37,138 nt of DNA. Source: Catajapyx aquilonaris. Its lineage: Eukaryota. Where the stretch lies: the NCBI GenBank assembly GCA_000934665.2, contig KZ538993.1, positions 1-37,138 on the forward strand. Direction: 5' to 3'. Under the pieces are notes generated by a model, which had not been told where the DNA came from, searched no databases, and saw only the letters and a list, made by a program, of their open reading frames with translations. The position numbers were made by a program, and so were the translations under genes. Of the stretch, positions 22,980-33,149 are shown one piece after another (positions within the stretch are counted from its first letter, which is position 1; each line of letters starts with the position of its first letter).

Positions 22980-23200
22980 AGTTCACATCCATATGAGTAA
23001 AACCCAACTGACACTAATTTCTGCTTACTTCTGTTGGCTCACCTGCAATAATTTTGGCTGTGAGTTACACACATCATTTGAAAAGGCCATGGAATGAGAT
23101 TTTCAATGGTATGTATGATTCCACTCAAAACATGAAGGGGAGGTCACAGGGGCTACTTGAAATTAGTGCCCTGAAAATTTTCACCTATATGGATGTGAGC
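22980..23200. mobile_element. Small MITE
   Basis: agttcacatccatat / atatggatgtgagct terminal inverted match. Confidence 0.5.
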
Positions 23201-23300
23201 TAATATAATTGCTAAAGCACACAGTATACCCAGTCACAGAGCATCACTCAGCACAGTTGTTGAAGCTCCTGAGGAAAAGGTTCCTATAGGCATCACCAAT

Positions 23301-23964
23301 GGGGAACTAGCCTTCATTTTGGAAACTACATAATAAATTCGCCCATATTTTTTAGATTTTTTTGGCATATTCCGTTTTAAGATATCAGTTCCCGTTCCGG
23401 AGTAATTGGGGTTTTTATGTAGGGAAATGGTGACGTCACTGTTTCCCTAGAAAATGTTGACGTCACGCGAAATGAAATGAACGCAAAAATGGTGTTATAG
23501 AACGCGCCCCGTCATTGTCGTAAAAGGCTTCGCTGTTGTTAGCAACCGTCCCATTCCGTGAGCAAGATAGCGGCCGGGGCGCGTTTTTACTTCACGCCGC
23601 TCAATCAGCTAAGGGGCTGGCAGTGGTGCCAACTGGTAGGAATTATCTGTCACCCGAATTCGGCACATGAAGGCCCCTTTTCTCCACCTCGATGGCCTAC
23701 AGCCGCCTTGCGAATGCTTTCCGTCGCGCCCGCGGTTAATTCAAAGTCAAATTCCTCATATCTCGCAGTCAACCAGGCATTTCGGTGTACCCTTTCGATT
23801 GGCCTCCGCGTTTTTCCCGCCAATTTTGAAGGCACTTTTAAATGTGTCGTAATTTATCCAGTAATGTCATTTTGATGCAACAGAGTGATGGAATGTATGT
23901 TTACAGGCCTGGGCTAGCTAGTTATGAACAAAAATCCCAAATCCCAGACCAAGGCTAGTTCCCC
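23301..23964. mobile_element. CpG-rich non-autonomous DNA element
   Basis: Perfect 17-bp inverted match aatggggaactagcctt (23298-23314) / aaggctagttccccatt (23951-23967). Confidence 0.6.
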
Positions 23965-24019
23965 ATTATTGCAAATTCATCAGGTGAACAGGCAGGCGGA
24001 GGGTGTCGTCAGCATATTT

Positions 24020-24312
24020 CTTGGGCCAAGACAAGTCAAAAATCTAGTGGGGAGAAATGTCAAGGGACCAACCGTTAAAGAGGTAGACGACCAGAAACCT
24101 TGGCCAGTGGTTGCCGAAGTTGCAAGATATGAGCAGTGATAATCACTTCTGTGAAAGAGGTGACCTTGCAAATCCCAACAGTCACGATTTTCACGCTCAT
24201 ATCCTGCTGCTAAGGCAAACATTGACCAATGTTTCTGGTCAAGGTAGTCGGTCATATTAACGGTGGCTCCCTTGACATTTCTCCCCCCTACATTTTCGAC
24301 TTATTTTGGCTG
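24020..24312. mobile_element. Fold-back element, same family as 3787-4070, opposite orientation
   Basis: Spacer gtgaccttgcaaatcccaacagtcacgat is the reverse complement of the spacer at 3903-3932; arms homologous. Confidence 0.75.
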
Positions 24313-24381
24313 GACTAGTAAGAAACACCCTACATACACAAATCCACTACAAAGTGGAGCACAAGCAGCCTAGAAAACTTT

Positions 24382-24526
24382 CAATTATGCACAATAAAAT
24401 AATCTTTTTGTAAAGAACAAAGTGTATAAAACTGAACTATAACTTGAAATTGTCTCACAAAAAATTCACATAAACATTCTTCAGGCATAATATGATGGCT
24501 TGCAGTTCTTAACCTCCATGATCTTC
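24382..24526 (-). pseudogene. Decayed tandem duplicate of the CRIPT 3' CDS end and 3' UTR
   Basis: Aligns to 24901-25002; minus strand 24525-24481 reads KIMEVKNCKPSYYA*, resembling a CRIPT C-terminus. Confidence 0.75.
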
Positions 24527-24884
24527 GGGGAGGTGCAGTGGCCGAGATGGTAACATCTCGGCTTGATGAGTGAAAGGTCCCAGGTTCGATCCCCGCCTGG
24601 GAGTTCCCTTTCACCTGCGTCAGGAGGGTCTCTGACCTGCACCTTGGAGGTGTCTGGCAACCTAACCTCCTGGGGAACAACACATGACCTCTTTTCAGAC
24701 ATTGCACTTGCACCCATGTTCCCTCCCCAAAAATCCCTACCCTTACCCAATGTCCTTCTTTCCCTGCACCGGAGTTAGAAGAAAATGGAAAATAGAAAAT
24801 ATGGAAATATGGTGGTAGTCCACCACCCAACATTGACACTGTCTCATGGGGTACAACCTTAAATAATAATAATAGTAATAAAAT
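24527..24884 (+). mobile_element. tRNA-derived SINE, family A
   Basis: High similarity to 4195-4556; (taa)n tail; degenerate TSD cctccat..gat. Confidence 0.88.
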
Positions 24885-24983
24885 CCTCCATTATGATTTG
24901 CAATTATGCACAATGAAATAATCTTTTTATTAAAGAACAAAGAAAATCCACATCAAATTACTTCAAATGATTGCTGGTAGGCC

Positions 24984-25262
24984 TTAACCTCCATTGAGCT
25001 TCTTTCCACACATGGCACAGATCCCCTTTTTGAATGCACATGACTGGCAGTAATGGGAACCGACTTGGTGAACTGTCAGATGGCACAGTCGACACTCGTT
25101 GAGCTTTTTGGTGTAAGGGTTGAAACGTGTCTTCTTAGAAGTCAGAAGCTTGTTCTCGTTGACTTTCCGACCGCCACTGTCGATTGTGTTGCGAGCCCCT
25201 GCCTTCCATGGGTCAGGTGTTATCACGAGACCTAACTTCTTCTCGCACTTATCACAGACCAT
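24984..25262 (-). CDS. CRIPT: Cysteine-rich PDZ-binding protein CRIPT, intronless CDS, C-terminus truncated by a +1 frameshift
   Basis: MVCDKCEKKLG.VITPDPWK.GARNT..SGGRK.NENK.LT...CRLC...HYCQSCAFKKGICAMCGKK with all four CxxC; acceptor ttacag| 9 nt upstream of the ATG; minus-strand AATAAA at 24926-24931. Confidence 0.9.
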   Translation of the reverse strand: MVCDKCEKKLGLVITPDPWKAGARNTIDSGGRKVNENKLLTSKKTRFNPYTKKLNECRLCHLTVHQVGSHYCQSCAFKKGICAMCGKKLNGG

Positions 25263-25386
25263 GGTTAGAAGCTGTAAGAGTGGATATTATAAAAGCAATT
25301 AACAAGTCATTGCAAACATTCTGCACAAAAAATGGCAATTATAGATGTTTCACATCAATGAGATTCAGCAAATAATGTCACATACA

Positions 25387-25822
25387 CAGGGTGTTCATGA
25401 AAAACACCGACAAACTGATACCAGTGGCCAATGGTAACGTGAGGGTCATTTTATGTAGAGGAGTCATTATGTCTACACCGCCTCATTACTGAGATAATTG
25501 ACTCGTTGCTGATTAGCGATTTTTGCCTAATCGCTCCTTCTGACTTTTAAATAGAATTTACAGGTGTAACTAGCCATTGAGGCCTTCACCACCTGTGGGC
25601 AACAAACCAACAAAGTCCGGCCCCCAGACCTTCCAGACCCTTCTGACTGGGGAAGGGTTCGTTGGGTGGCCTAACTTCCAGGATATTTTATACTACGTGT
25701 TTGAAGGCAATTTGCGCGGTAATGAGGCGGCCCAGGAATATTCACTCATCTACATAATGTGATCGTGTGGTCCCTAGGTTGGGGGTGATATAGGTGTGTC
25801 GGTGTTTTTCATGAACACCCTG
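25387..25822. mobile_element. Tc1/mariner-type MITE
   Basis: Perfect 26-bp TIR cagggtgttcatgaaaaacaccgaca; right flank ta. Confidence 0.85.
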
Positions 25823-26009
25823 TATACAAAAAAAATCCTGCAAATACATGGTAGATTCAGTTATAGGAATGGGCCCACTAATAAATTTCTGAGGGAAAAA
25901 ATGTTGATATCAAATGTCACATTCTCATTACGTGTGTATGGATGTGCCAGGAATACCTTAAAAATACTGCCCATTCCTTATTACCCTTGCACTATGTAGT
26001 CCCCCTTCA

Positions 26010-26305
26010 CTGAAGCAGTTTAGAGCAGGGGATATGGTGTCCGACTGCTAATCGGGAGGTCCTGGGATCAAATCCCGGGGCCGGAAACTCTGACCGTGCT
26101 TTTCTGTGGTTTCCCACGGTCCTTCCAGGAAAACTCTGGAGTTGTTTCCGTAATTAATAGGCCACAGCCGCTTCCTTCCGTCCCTATCCTATCCCAAAGA
26201 GCGCAGTAAAATGAAAGCAAAGAGTTCCAGGCAAAACAAAACTTCCCCCCTAAAGAGCCGATAGGCTGATAACGGGGTATGAATTAATTATTACTATTAA
26301 TTATT
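26010..26305 (+). mobile_element. tRNA-derived SINE, family B, full length
   Basis: Head and body similar to 22281-22457; AT-rich tail; 17-bp TSD tatgtagtcccccttca (25993-26009, 26306-26322). Confidence 0.88.
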
Positions 26306-26322
26306 TATGTAGTCCCCCTTCA

Positions 26323-26610
26323 GGGAGGCGAAGTGGCGCTGCGGTAACGTATGCTCCCACGGATGTTAAGTTCCCTGGTTCTATATCCCAGCCCGAGGTT
26401 CCCCCCTTCATCTCGTGCAGAGTTGAGCTGTCTCTGGCTTCGTCTCGGGTGGAATCTCCAACAGACTAATCCACCTGGGGGAGTTCACAAAATGACCAAG
26501 CGACGACATTGTACTTGCACTTTGCACATCCCCTCCTAGTCACCCTGCCCTGGGACCAGGGCGCTTCGCAAAAAGGTCCCTCCAAAATGGCCAAAGATTG
26601 CCCAGCACAG

Positions 26611-26685
<75 letters not shown>

Positions 26686-26698
26686 AATAAAAATAAAA
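26323..26698 (+). mobile_element. tRNA-derived SINE, family C, with long (TAA)n tail
   Basis: A-box-like tggcgctgcgg; degenerate B box; (taa)n at ~26613-26677; target copy atgtagtcccc at 26699-26709. Confidence 0.85.
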
Positions 26699-27376
26699 AT
26701 GTAGTCCCCATTCTGTGTTGGATGCAACTTCAACTGAATTGGTCATGAAACCTTAATATTGAAATGAAAGTTAAAAGTGTCAAATGCATCTGACGTACGT
26801 CAGCTATGAACTTCAGTTCTTTTCATTTTTCAAAAGTTGTGGCATTTCACTTCTGCTTTTAAAAAGCAGTTGCTTTTCCAGTTTCATCATGTGTGGACTG
26901 TGGAGTATGGTTAAAATCACAATAAGGTCCTCAGATGGGAAAATAGTCAAACAGCACTTTCCAGGTTTTCTCCTAAATTCAAGGGGTCGGTCAATCATGT
27001 GATTCTTGGGTCACTCAGCATTTACAAGCTGAATCCCCATATAAATCACACAAAATCTGGAGTGAATCTCCTAAGCTTTTGTCAGAAACTCTTATTCAAT
27101 TACCATCATAAAAAATGATCATATTGCAAGTAAATCTAAGATTTTATCAACCCAGTATTAAAAGCAAATCTTTTAGAGGGTGGATGATAAACTTCACCCC
27201 ATCTCCAACCGACTTGGATTTTTCATTCAGTAATTTCTATAGCATGGTGATTGTTTTTGAAAATAGTAAAAAGCATTACTCACGAATATTGTGCAAGGTT
27301 TCCTACCTGCAAATGACTCGTCTCCTATATTGTGGCTAATTTTGCTTTGCTTTAGGGAAGTTTGAATGTGGCAGTA

Positions 27377-27739
27377 ATAATAATAATAATAATAATAATT
27401 AATAATAATAATCCGGGGTAGTGCTGACCTCATCAGAGGTATGTAGCACTTACCTTTGTTTATTTTTGTCGTGTACATTGGAGCCTTTATACGTAACGCC
27501 TGGGCCCACGGGCAGGATGACAGGAGGGGATGTGCAAGGTGCAGTGCAATGTCTTTATGTGGACATTTTTAGTGAACTCCCCCGGGTGGTTTAGTCTGTA
27601 GGAAATACCACCCGAGACGAAGCCAGAGGTGACCCAATGAACTCCGCACGAGATGAAGGGGGTGTCCCCGGGTTGGGATCGAACCCGGGACCTTAACATC
27701 CGTGGGCGCGTACGTTACCGCAGCACCACTTCGCCTCCC
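27377..27739 (-). mobile_element. tRNA-derived SINE, family C, with a different 3' end
   Basis: Reverse complement aligns to 26323-26565; B box ggttcgatcc; degenerate TSD tgaatgYggcaRta (27363-27376, 27741-27754). Confidence 0.85.
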
Positions 27740-28019
27740 ATGAATGCGGCAATACAGATCCACAAAAATTTTCATGCATTGAGAATAATATATGATCACA
27801 TTTCTCTCAGGAGTAACATCAAGTCTTGCTCATAATGGATAGGCAGTGCATAAAAGCATAAAAGCAAAGGCTTTTAATTTTTTAAAGCACAAACTCAGTG
27901 TTTAAGGGTGTTTAAACAGAAATAGGCGGTATGTATCTAAGTGTTAATTAATGTTTTGATTTTAACAGTTGCACATTTCATTTGATTTATATAAATATAT
28001 AAAGAAATTCGTGACTTAC

Positions 28020-28091
28020 ATGCCAATCGTAACACAGGTTTTTGTCACAGATCTTTTCCAACCAGCTCCTTCTTTATGAGGGGAATGATAC
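28020..28091 (-). other. Candidate 72-nt upstream (probably non-coding) exon of the CRIPT transcript
   Basis: Strong acceptor ttttctttattgcag| and donor cat|gtaagt in non-repetitive DNA; not in frame with CRIPT. Confidence 0.4.
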
Positions 28092-28130
28092 CTGCAATAA
28101 AGAAAAATTCAGGTCTGCCCTTTGAACTGA

Positions 28131-28735
28131 CAAGGGAACTGTAAGTGTTGTAAATGGAGTTTCTGAATGAAACTTGGCACAATAATATAGGCAGGTAAGT
28201 TATTTAACAAAATGCAAACCGTTTCGGCGAATGCCTACTACAAGGTCAAAAGTTATGACCTCTCGAACTCACAGGGGACACTTTCCAAGGTCTCACCGAT
28301 TTTCTTGACATTCGGTACATTTGGTAGCCACCCCAAGGGATAGAAAACTCACCTGAAGTGGCCTGCTCGAAATGACCCAGTGACCCCTTTTTGGGGGCTA
28401 CCAATGCACCGAATTTTAAGATAATCGGTGAGTTTTCGGCATTTACCAGTTGACCTCTGCCCCCCAAAAAGGGGTCACCGGGTCATTTTGAGCAGGTAAC
28501 TTTAGGTGTGTTTTTCATCCCTTGGGATGGGCTACCGATGTACCAAATTTCAAGAAAATCGGTGAGACCTTGGAAAGTGTCCCTTGTGAGTTCGAGAGGT
28601 CATAACTTTTGACCTTGTATCGTTCCGCAGAAACGGTTTGCATTTCGTTTAATAACTTACCTTCCTATAGGCTATTCTTGTGCCAAGTTTCATTCAGCAA
28701 CTCCAACTCCATTGACAACACTTAGAGTTCCCTTG
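28131..28735. mobile_element. Palindromic MITE, ~600 bp
   Basis: caagggaact.taagtgttgt / acaacactta.agttcccttg ends; long near-perfect arms, e.g. tacaaggtcaaaagttatgacctctcgaactcaca. Confidence 0.85.
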
Positions 28736-28995
28736 AGATGCATGGAAAGATCCAGCTCAGAAAACAGGTAGGGCAGCACTAATGACATTTGCTATGTGAT
28801 GCATATAGGCAGTTCTTCTCTACTCAATTGATAATGCAGAAATGTAGAAGCCTTAAAATTAACTCAAAACAAGTCACCTGCGCCTCTTTTTGACCACTCC
28901 CTCAGTGATGTGTCACTTGCTCTCTACCTTCACCCGACACATGGCAATTATTTTTTTTACTGTAGCCTATATTGAAAACAGTTCAGTAGCAATAA

Positions 28996-30313
28996 CACAG
29001 CGCAACAAAAAAAAACTTTCGGCGTGTTACTCGGAAACCACTATGCACATCATGTTAGTAGGACCCAAAGTAGCTGGGAAACGCCCGGGATTTCTCTCCC
29101 AAAATGTGCAGTGGGTCAGGGTGACCAAAAATCCGAAAAATTCAAGATATTGACGTTTTTTGGCCTATTTCCAGGTCTGGCAACCACTGTAAGTTTCGGA
29201 TTTGGTTTTTGCTGGCATTAGGTGTTACCTGGGTCTAGTCTGAAGCCACTATGGTGTTTAAAGTCAATTTTTTATAGAAACTGTGGTTTTCCAGGGTCCT
29301 TTTTATGGAAAAAATTCCGTTTTTTGGTACTTTTTCGTCAATTTTTGGGGAACAGTGTATGGACTTTTTTTTAAAAAAAGTGTAGCGTAATGGGCTCTTT
29401 AGAGAACCTACAATCAAGGAATAATAGTAGAACTTTCCTATGCAACCCTAGTACGCGTGTGCAAAAGCCTAATCTTGGGTAAAATCGCGTTTTTTCGCAT
29501 TTTTGGGGATTTGACTTTTTTCAACATTTAAAACCAAATATTCCTCGGCTTTAAAATATATGAATTCTTCTTAGTCTAACAAACTGTCAGGGACCCCCTT
29601 AGTATGGAAAAGGACTACGATTTCCATAAGCAGCCCATGTACGCGTACGCGTACAAAAAAAATACACGCGTACATGGGTTGCTTATGGAAATCGTAGTCT
29701 TTTTCCATACTATGGACCCTGACAGTTTGTTAGACTAAGAAGAATTCATTTATTTTAAAGCCGAGGAATATTTGGTTTTAAATGTTGAAAAAAGTCAAAT
29801 CACCAAAAATGCGAAAAAACGCGATTTTACCCAAGATAAGGCTTTTGCACACGCGTACTAGGGTTGCATAGGAAAGTTCTACTATTATTCCTTGATTGTA
29901 GGTTCTCTAAAGAGCCCATTACGCTACACTTTTTTTAAAAAAAAGTCCATACACTGTTCCCCAAAAATTGACAAAAAAGTACCAAAAAACGGAATTTTTT
30001 CCATAAAAAGGACCCTGGAAAACCACAGTTTCTATAAAAGATTGACTTTAAACACCCTAGTGGCTTCAGACTAGACCCAGGTAACACCTAATGCCAGCAA
30101 AAACCAAATCCGAAACTTACAGTGGTTGCCAGACCTGGAAATAGGCCAAAAAACGTCAATATTTTGAATTTTTCGGATTTTTGGTCACCCTGACCCACTG
30201 CACATTTTGGGAGAGAAATCCCGGGCGTTTCCCAGCTACTTTGGGTCCTACTGACATGATGTGCATAGTGGTTTCCGAGTAACACGCCGAAAGTTTTTTT
30301 TTGTTGCGCTGTT
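28996..30313. mobile_element. 1.3-kb near-perfect palindromic element with Chapaev3-like ends (CAC terminus, TAA flanks)
   Basis: Arms 28996-29646 and 29666-30313; the ORF track shows identical mirrored 65-aa ORFs; taa|cacagcgc ... gcgctgtt|taa. Confidence 0.9.
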
Positions 30314-30913
30314 TAATCTTTTGGTAATATAATTATACAGTATAGGCCTATATGTTAAAAAGGTTTGGAGGTCCCACTCAATAGCACAATCAGAAAGTCC
30401 AGGTCAGCATTTTTTCTGAAGGGGCAATAATAGTGCTAAGGTTGGCAAAATGCTAGGCCTATCTTTGACACTGTGTGTTGAGTATTTAAAAATTTCCTTG
30501 CAGTAGCCTACAACAAAAAAGTCACACAGAAACTGCAATATTTTGTGTTTAAAATATAGACCACCCTTAATTTTTCTTCCGCCATAATATCAGCACGTTA
30601 TATGAATGCCAGTCCTACAAGTGTTGAATGATTACAATTTTGCATGACCATTTTTTTGGCCAGTTGCTGCTCAGAATAAGTATCACAAACTCTGGTAACA
30701 TTAGCAACATTTGAAATGGATTTAGTCAAATCAGTGTCAGACCTTCCATTAGCCCAGTTCCTGCTTAATGTTCATGCCAGGAAAAATAGCCAGAAGAGAA
30801 TCATACGATTTTCAAACCATTGCATTGTTACCTCAGGGCATTACAGGCATAAAGGTTTTAGCGTAAAAGACAATTTCTTAGTGCAATCCGTGTGGTAACA
30901 AGGACATCCTGTA

Positions 30914-31072
30914 AGTCGGCTAAAGGATTACCTTTCCACACCAGGCCGAGAAATTAGCCTCCAACAGAGGTACTTCCTCCCCCTGATGCAATGACTCATA
31001 CTCCCCTAGGTAGCATTTCTGTTGGAGGCTAATTTCTCAGCCTGGTGTGGAAAGGTAATCCTTTATCCGACT
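30914..31072. repeat. 159-bp hairpin with ~54-bp arms (mini-MITE)
   Basis: agtcggctaaaggattacctttccacaccaggccgagaaattagcctccaacaga pairs with 31018-31072 with two mismatches. Confidence 0.85.
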
Positions 31073-31321
31073 GTGCCATCCCAGAGAAAAATGGGCAATG
31101 ATTACTGAATCTGGCATGATATTACAAGTAGGCCTACTACATTCTCTACATTGCAGCCCCAATTGCATGAATTTGAATTTCACATCCTAATGATCAACTC
31201 ACCAGGACATGATGCCGCAATATCACCAGTCTGTGTTACATAGTCAAATTGACACAGACTTGTCCTCAATAAGCTGTGGGCTACAACTTTTGAAACCTAG
31301 TATATCCTAACATAAATTATG

Positions 31322-31390
31322 CTAACCTAACCTAACCTAACCTAACCTAACCTAACCTAACCTATCATATCCTACCTAACCTACCCTACC
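31322..31390 (-). repeat. Interstitial (TTAGG)n telomere-type array, ~8 perfect units plus degenerate units
   Basis: (cctaa)n at 31322-31364, then cctacctaacctaccctacc. Confidence 0.9.
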
Positions 31391-31935
31391 ATAAGTAACT
31401 TAGGCTGAGATAAATGGATTAAAGCAGTACAAAATCAGGCGTTTGACACGTGGGGACCGAAAATGTTCCCACAAATGGGAGGACGTCCCCACAGTTACAG
31501 TAAAAACTCCAATTTCCCTCCCCAGAGCTTATTGAAGACCGGTACACTCTCACAGTGCTGAATCCCACAATAAAATCACGCTTTTCAGTCTCAAGCACTA
31601 GTTGAAACAGTTATTTTTGATTAGGCAATTTGGACAAGCACAGTACAAGGTTGTGCCAATTGGAAGGATGGAAATAACGGCAAGACCAGTAACAAACAAT
31701 ACTGTACCGGTAACACAGAGGGGCTTTTCCGGTTCCAAAGTCCAGCCCAGGGGCTGAAAAGTTCTGGAGTGGGTAGCCGGACACCAGGCGCGGCCCGTGT
31801 TGGCACTCCCGGTGTCGGATGGCCCCGGGTCCGCCCTGCAACACGACGATGCAACTCAGAATGTTCCAGGCCTTGTTCCTTTCGCTGCGGGGGAGGGGAA
31901 GCGGGGAAGAAATAAAAGAGAGGGGGGGGGGGGGG

Positions 31936-32227
31936 NNNNNNNNNNNNNNNNNNNNNNNNNNNNNNNNNNNNNNNNNNNNNNNNNNNNNNNNNNNNNNNNN
32001 NNNNNNNNNNNNNNNNNNNNNNNNNNNNNNNNNNNNNNNNNNNNNNNNNNNNNNNNNNNNNNNNNNNNNNNNNNNNNNNNNNNNNNNNNNNNNNNNNNNN
32101 NNNNNNNNNNNNNNNNNNNNNNNNNNNNNNNNNNNNNNNNNNNNNNNNNNNNNNNNNNNNNNNNNNNNNNNNNNNNNNNNNNNNNNNNNNNNNNNNNNNN
32201 NNNNNNNNNNNNNNNNNNNNNNNNNNN
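31936..32227. other. Assembly gap (292 N) between a poly-G and a poly-C run
   Basis: Direct observation. Confidence 1.
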
Positions 32228-32269
32228 CCCCCCCCCCCCCCCCCTATTTTTTCCAAAGTATTTACATTA

Positions 32270-32450
32270 TACTGTGGAACTACTTTGCGGAAGTGACGAA
32301 TCCCGTCCCGTCCCGTCCCTCTCTCCTCTCCTCCCCAAGCTTCACCACCCTCAACGTTCCATTGGTGACCACGTGGTTGTGTGTGCTTTTCGTCTGCTAG
32401 GAGTGATCTTTCGGTGGTTGCGATAAAGGCGGCGGCGAGTGAAGGTCAGT
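32270..32450 (+). promoter_or_regulatory. CpG-rich promoter-like region with a candidate non-coding first exon of a downstream + strand gene
   Basis: ETS/CRE composite cggaagtgacg at ~32288; E-box cacgtg; donor-like aag|gtcagt at 32445. Confidence 0.5.
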
Positions 32451-32492
32451 ACTGCATTGTTTTAGGTTGTTTAATCGCTTATTACATTAGTA

Positions 32493-32710
32493 CAGCGGTT
32501 TTCGAACTGTTCTCCGCAAGGGGGTAATCACTTCGGTACTCCGGTGTACACCTGCGAGTGGTACTCCCTGGTACTCCTCAGGTACCTCACTCTTTATTAC
32601 AGCTTTATTACTCCTTGGTACTCCTTGATTTTGGTACTCCAGTGTACACTTTTCAGTCGAGTGATTACCCCCTTGGTTCTCCGCGAAGCATCTCCAAGTG
32701 CTCCACGAAC
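32493..32710 (+). mobile_element. Left part of a hAT-like element
   Basis: cagcggttttcgaactg start with repeated ggtactcc motifs; right end not found. Confidence 0.4.
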
Positions 32711-32935
32711 ATATTGGAAAGAAAAATAAAATGTGACAAGAAAAGTCGAAATCGAGACAGCTTCCACATGGCGAAAGGCTTTAGAGAAGAACTAGACTGC
32801 GACATGCCTGGAGGTACAGTATCTTAAATGAGTTTAATGAGACCCGGGCCAAGTGTTGTGGTTTTTGAATCCCGCGACCCCGGAACAGGTTTTTTTCTCC
32901 GTGGTAATGGCAATGGCTTTTTCCTAATAGTGTGA

Positions 32936-33149
32936 TTTGATTTGATTTGATCAGCTAGATAGAGAGCGAAACGAAGCGAAAAAAGAAGAGAGGAAACACT
33001 AGTCTCTTACAGTTAGTCTGTTTCCTATCCCAACCTCTCCGACTTGGGTGGCCCTGCCAGTAGACGAAGCTACCGCCGGCATAGCTCTTGGGATCACGGG
33101 AGAAACACAAGCCCCACCACCACGACATGGTGTAGATGCCATCGGATGG
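32936..33149 (-). mobile_element. 214-bp non-autonomous RTE-derived retroposon (RTE 5' region plus (TCAAA)n tail)
   Basis: Minus strand tgtcgtggtggtggggcttgtg...gagctatgcc...agggccacccaag resembles RTE/BovB 5' ends; (tttga)n on + strand at 32936-32950; TSD cctaa(ta)tagtgtga at 32923-32935 and 33150-33164. Confidence 0.75.

Noticed and set aside
23400..23880. CpG island with tgacgtca and X-box-like motifs plus a 61-aa ORF, suggesting a promoter or gene
   Set aside because: Enclosed by a 17-bp inverted repeat and without a recognisable ORF; more simply a transposon interior.
26466..26746. Poly-Leu, poly-Ile and poly-Tyr ORFs
   Set aside because: Translations of the (TAA)n SINE tail.
29024..30285. 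Duplicated identical 65-aa and near-identical 60-aa ORFs
   Set aside because: Mirror images from the two palindrome arms, with non-ATG starts and no protein features.
31621..32426. ~200-aa ORFs
   Set aside because: Open only because they cross the 292-N gap.
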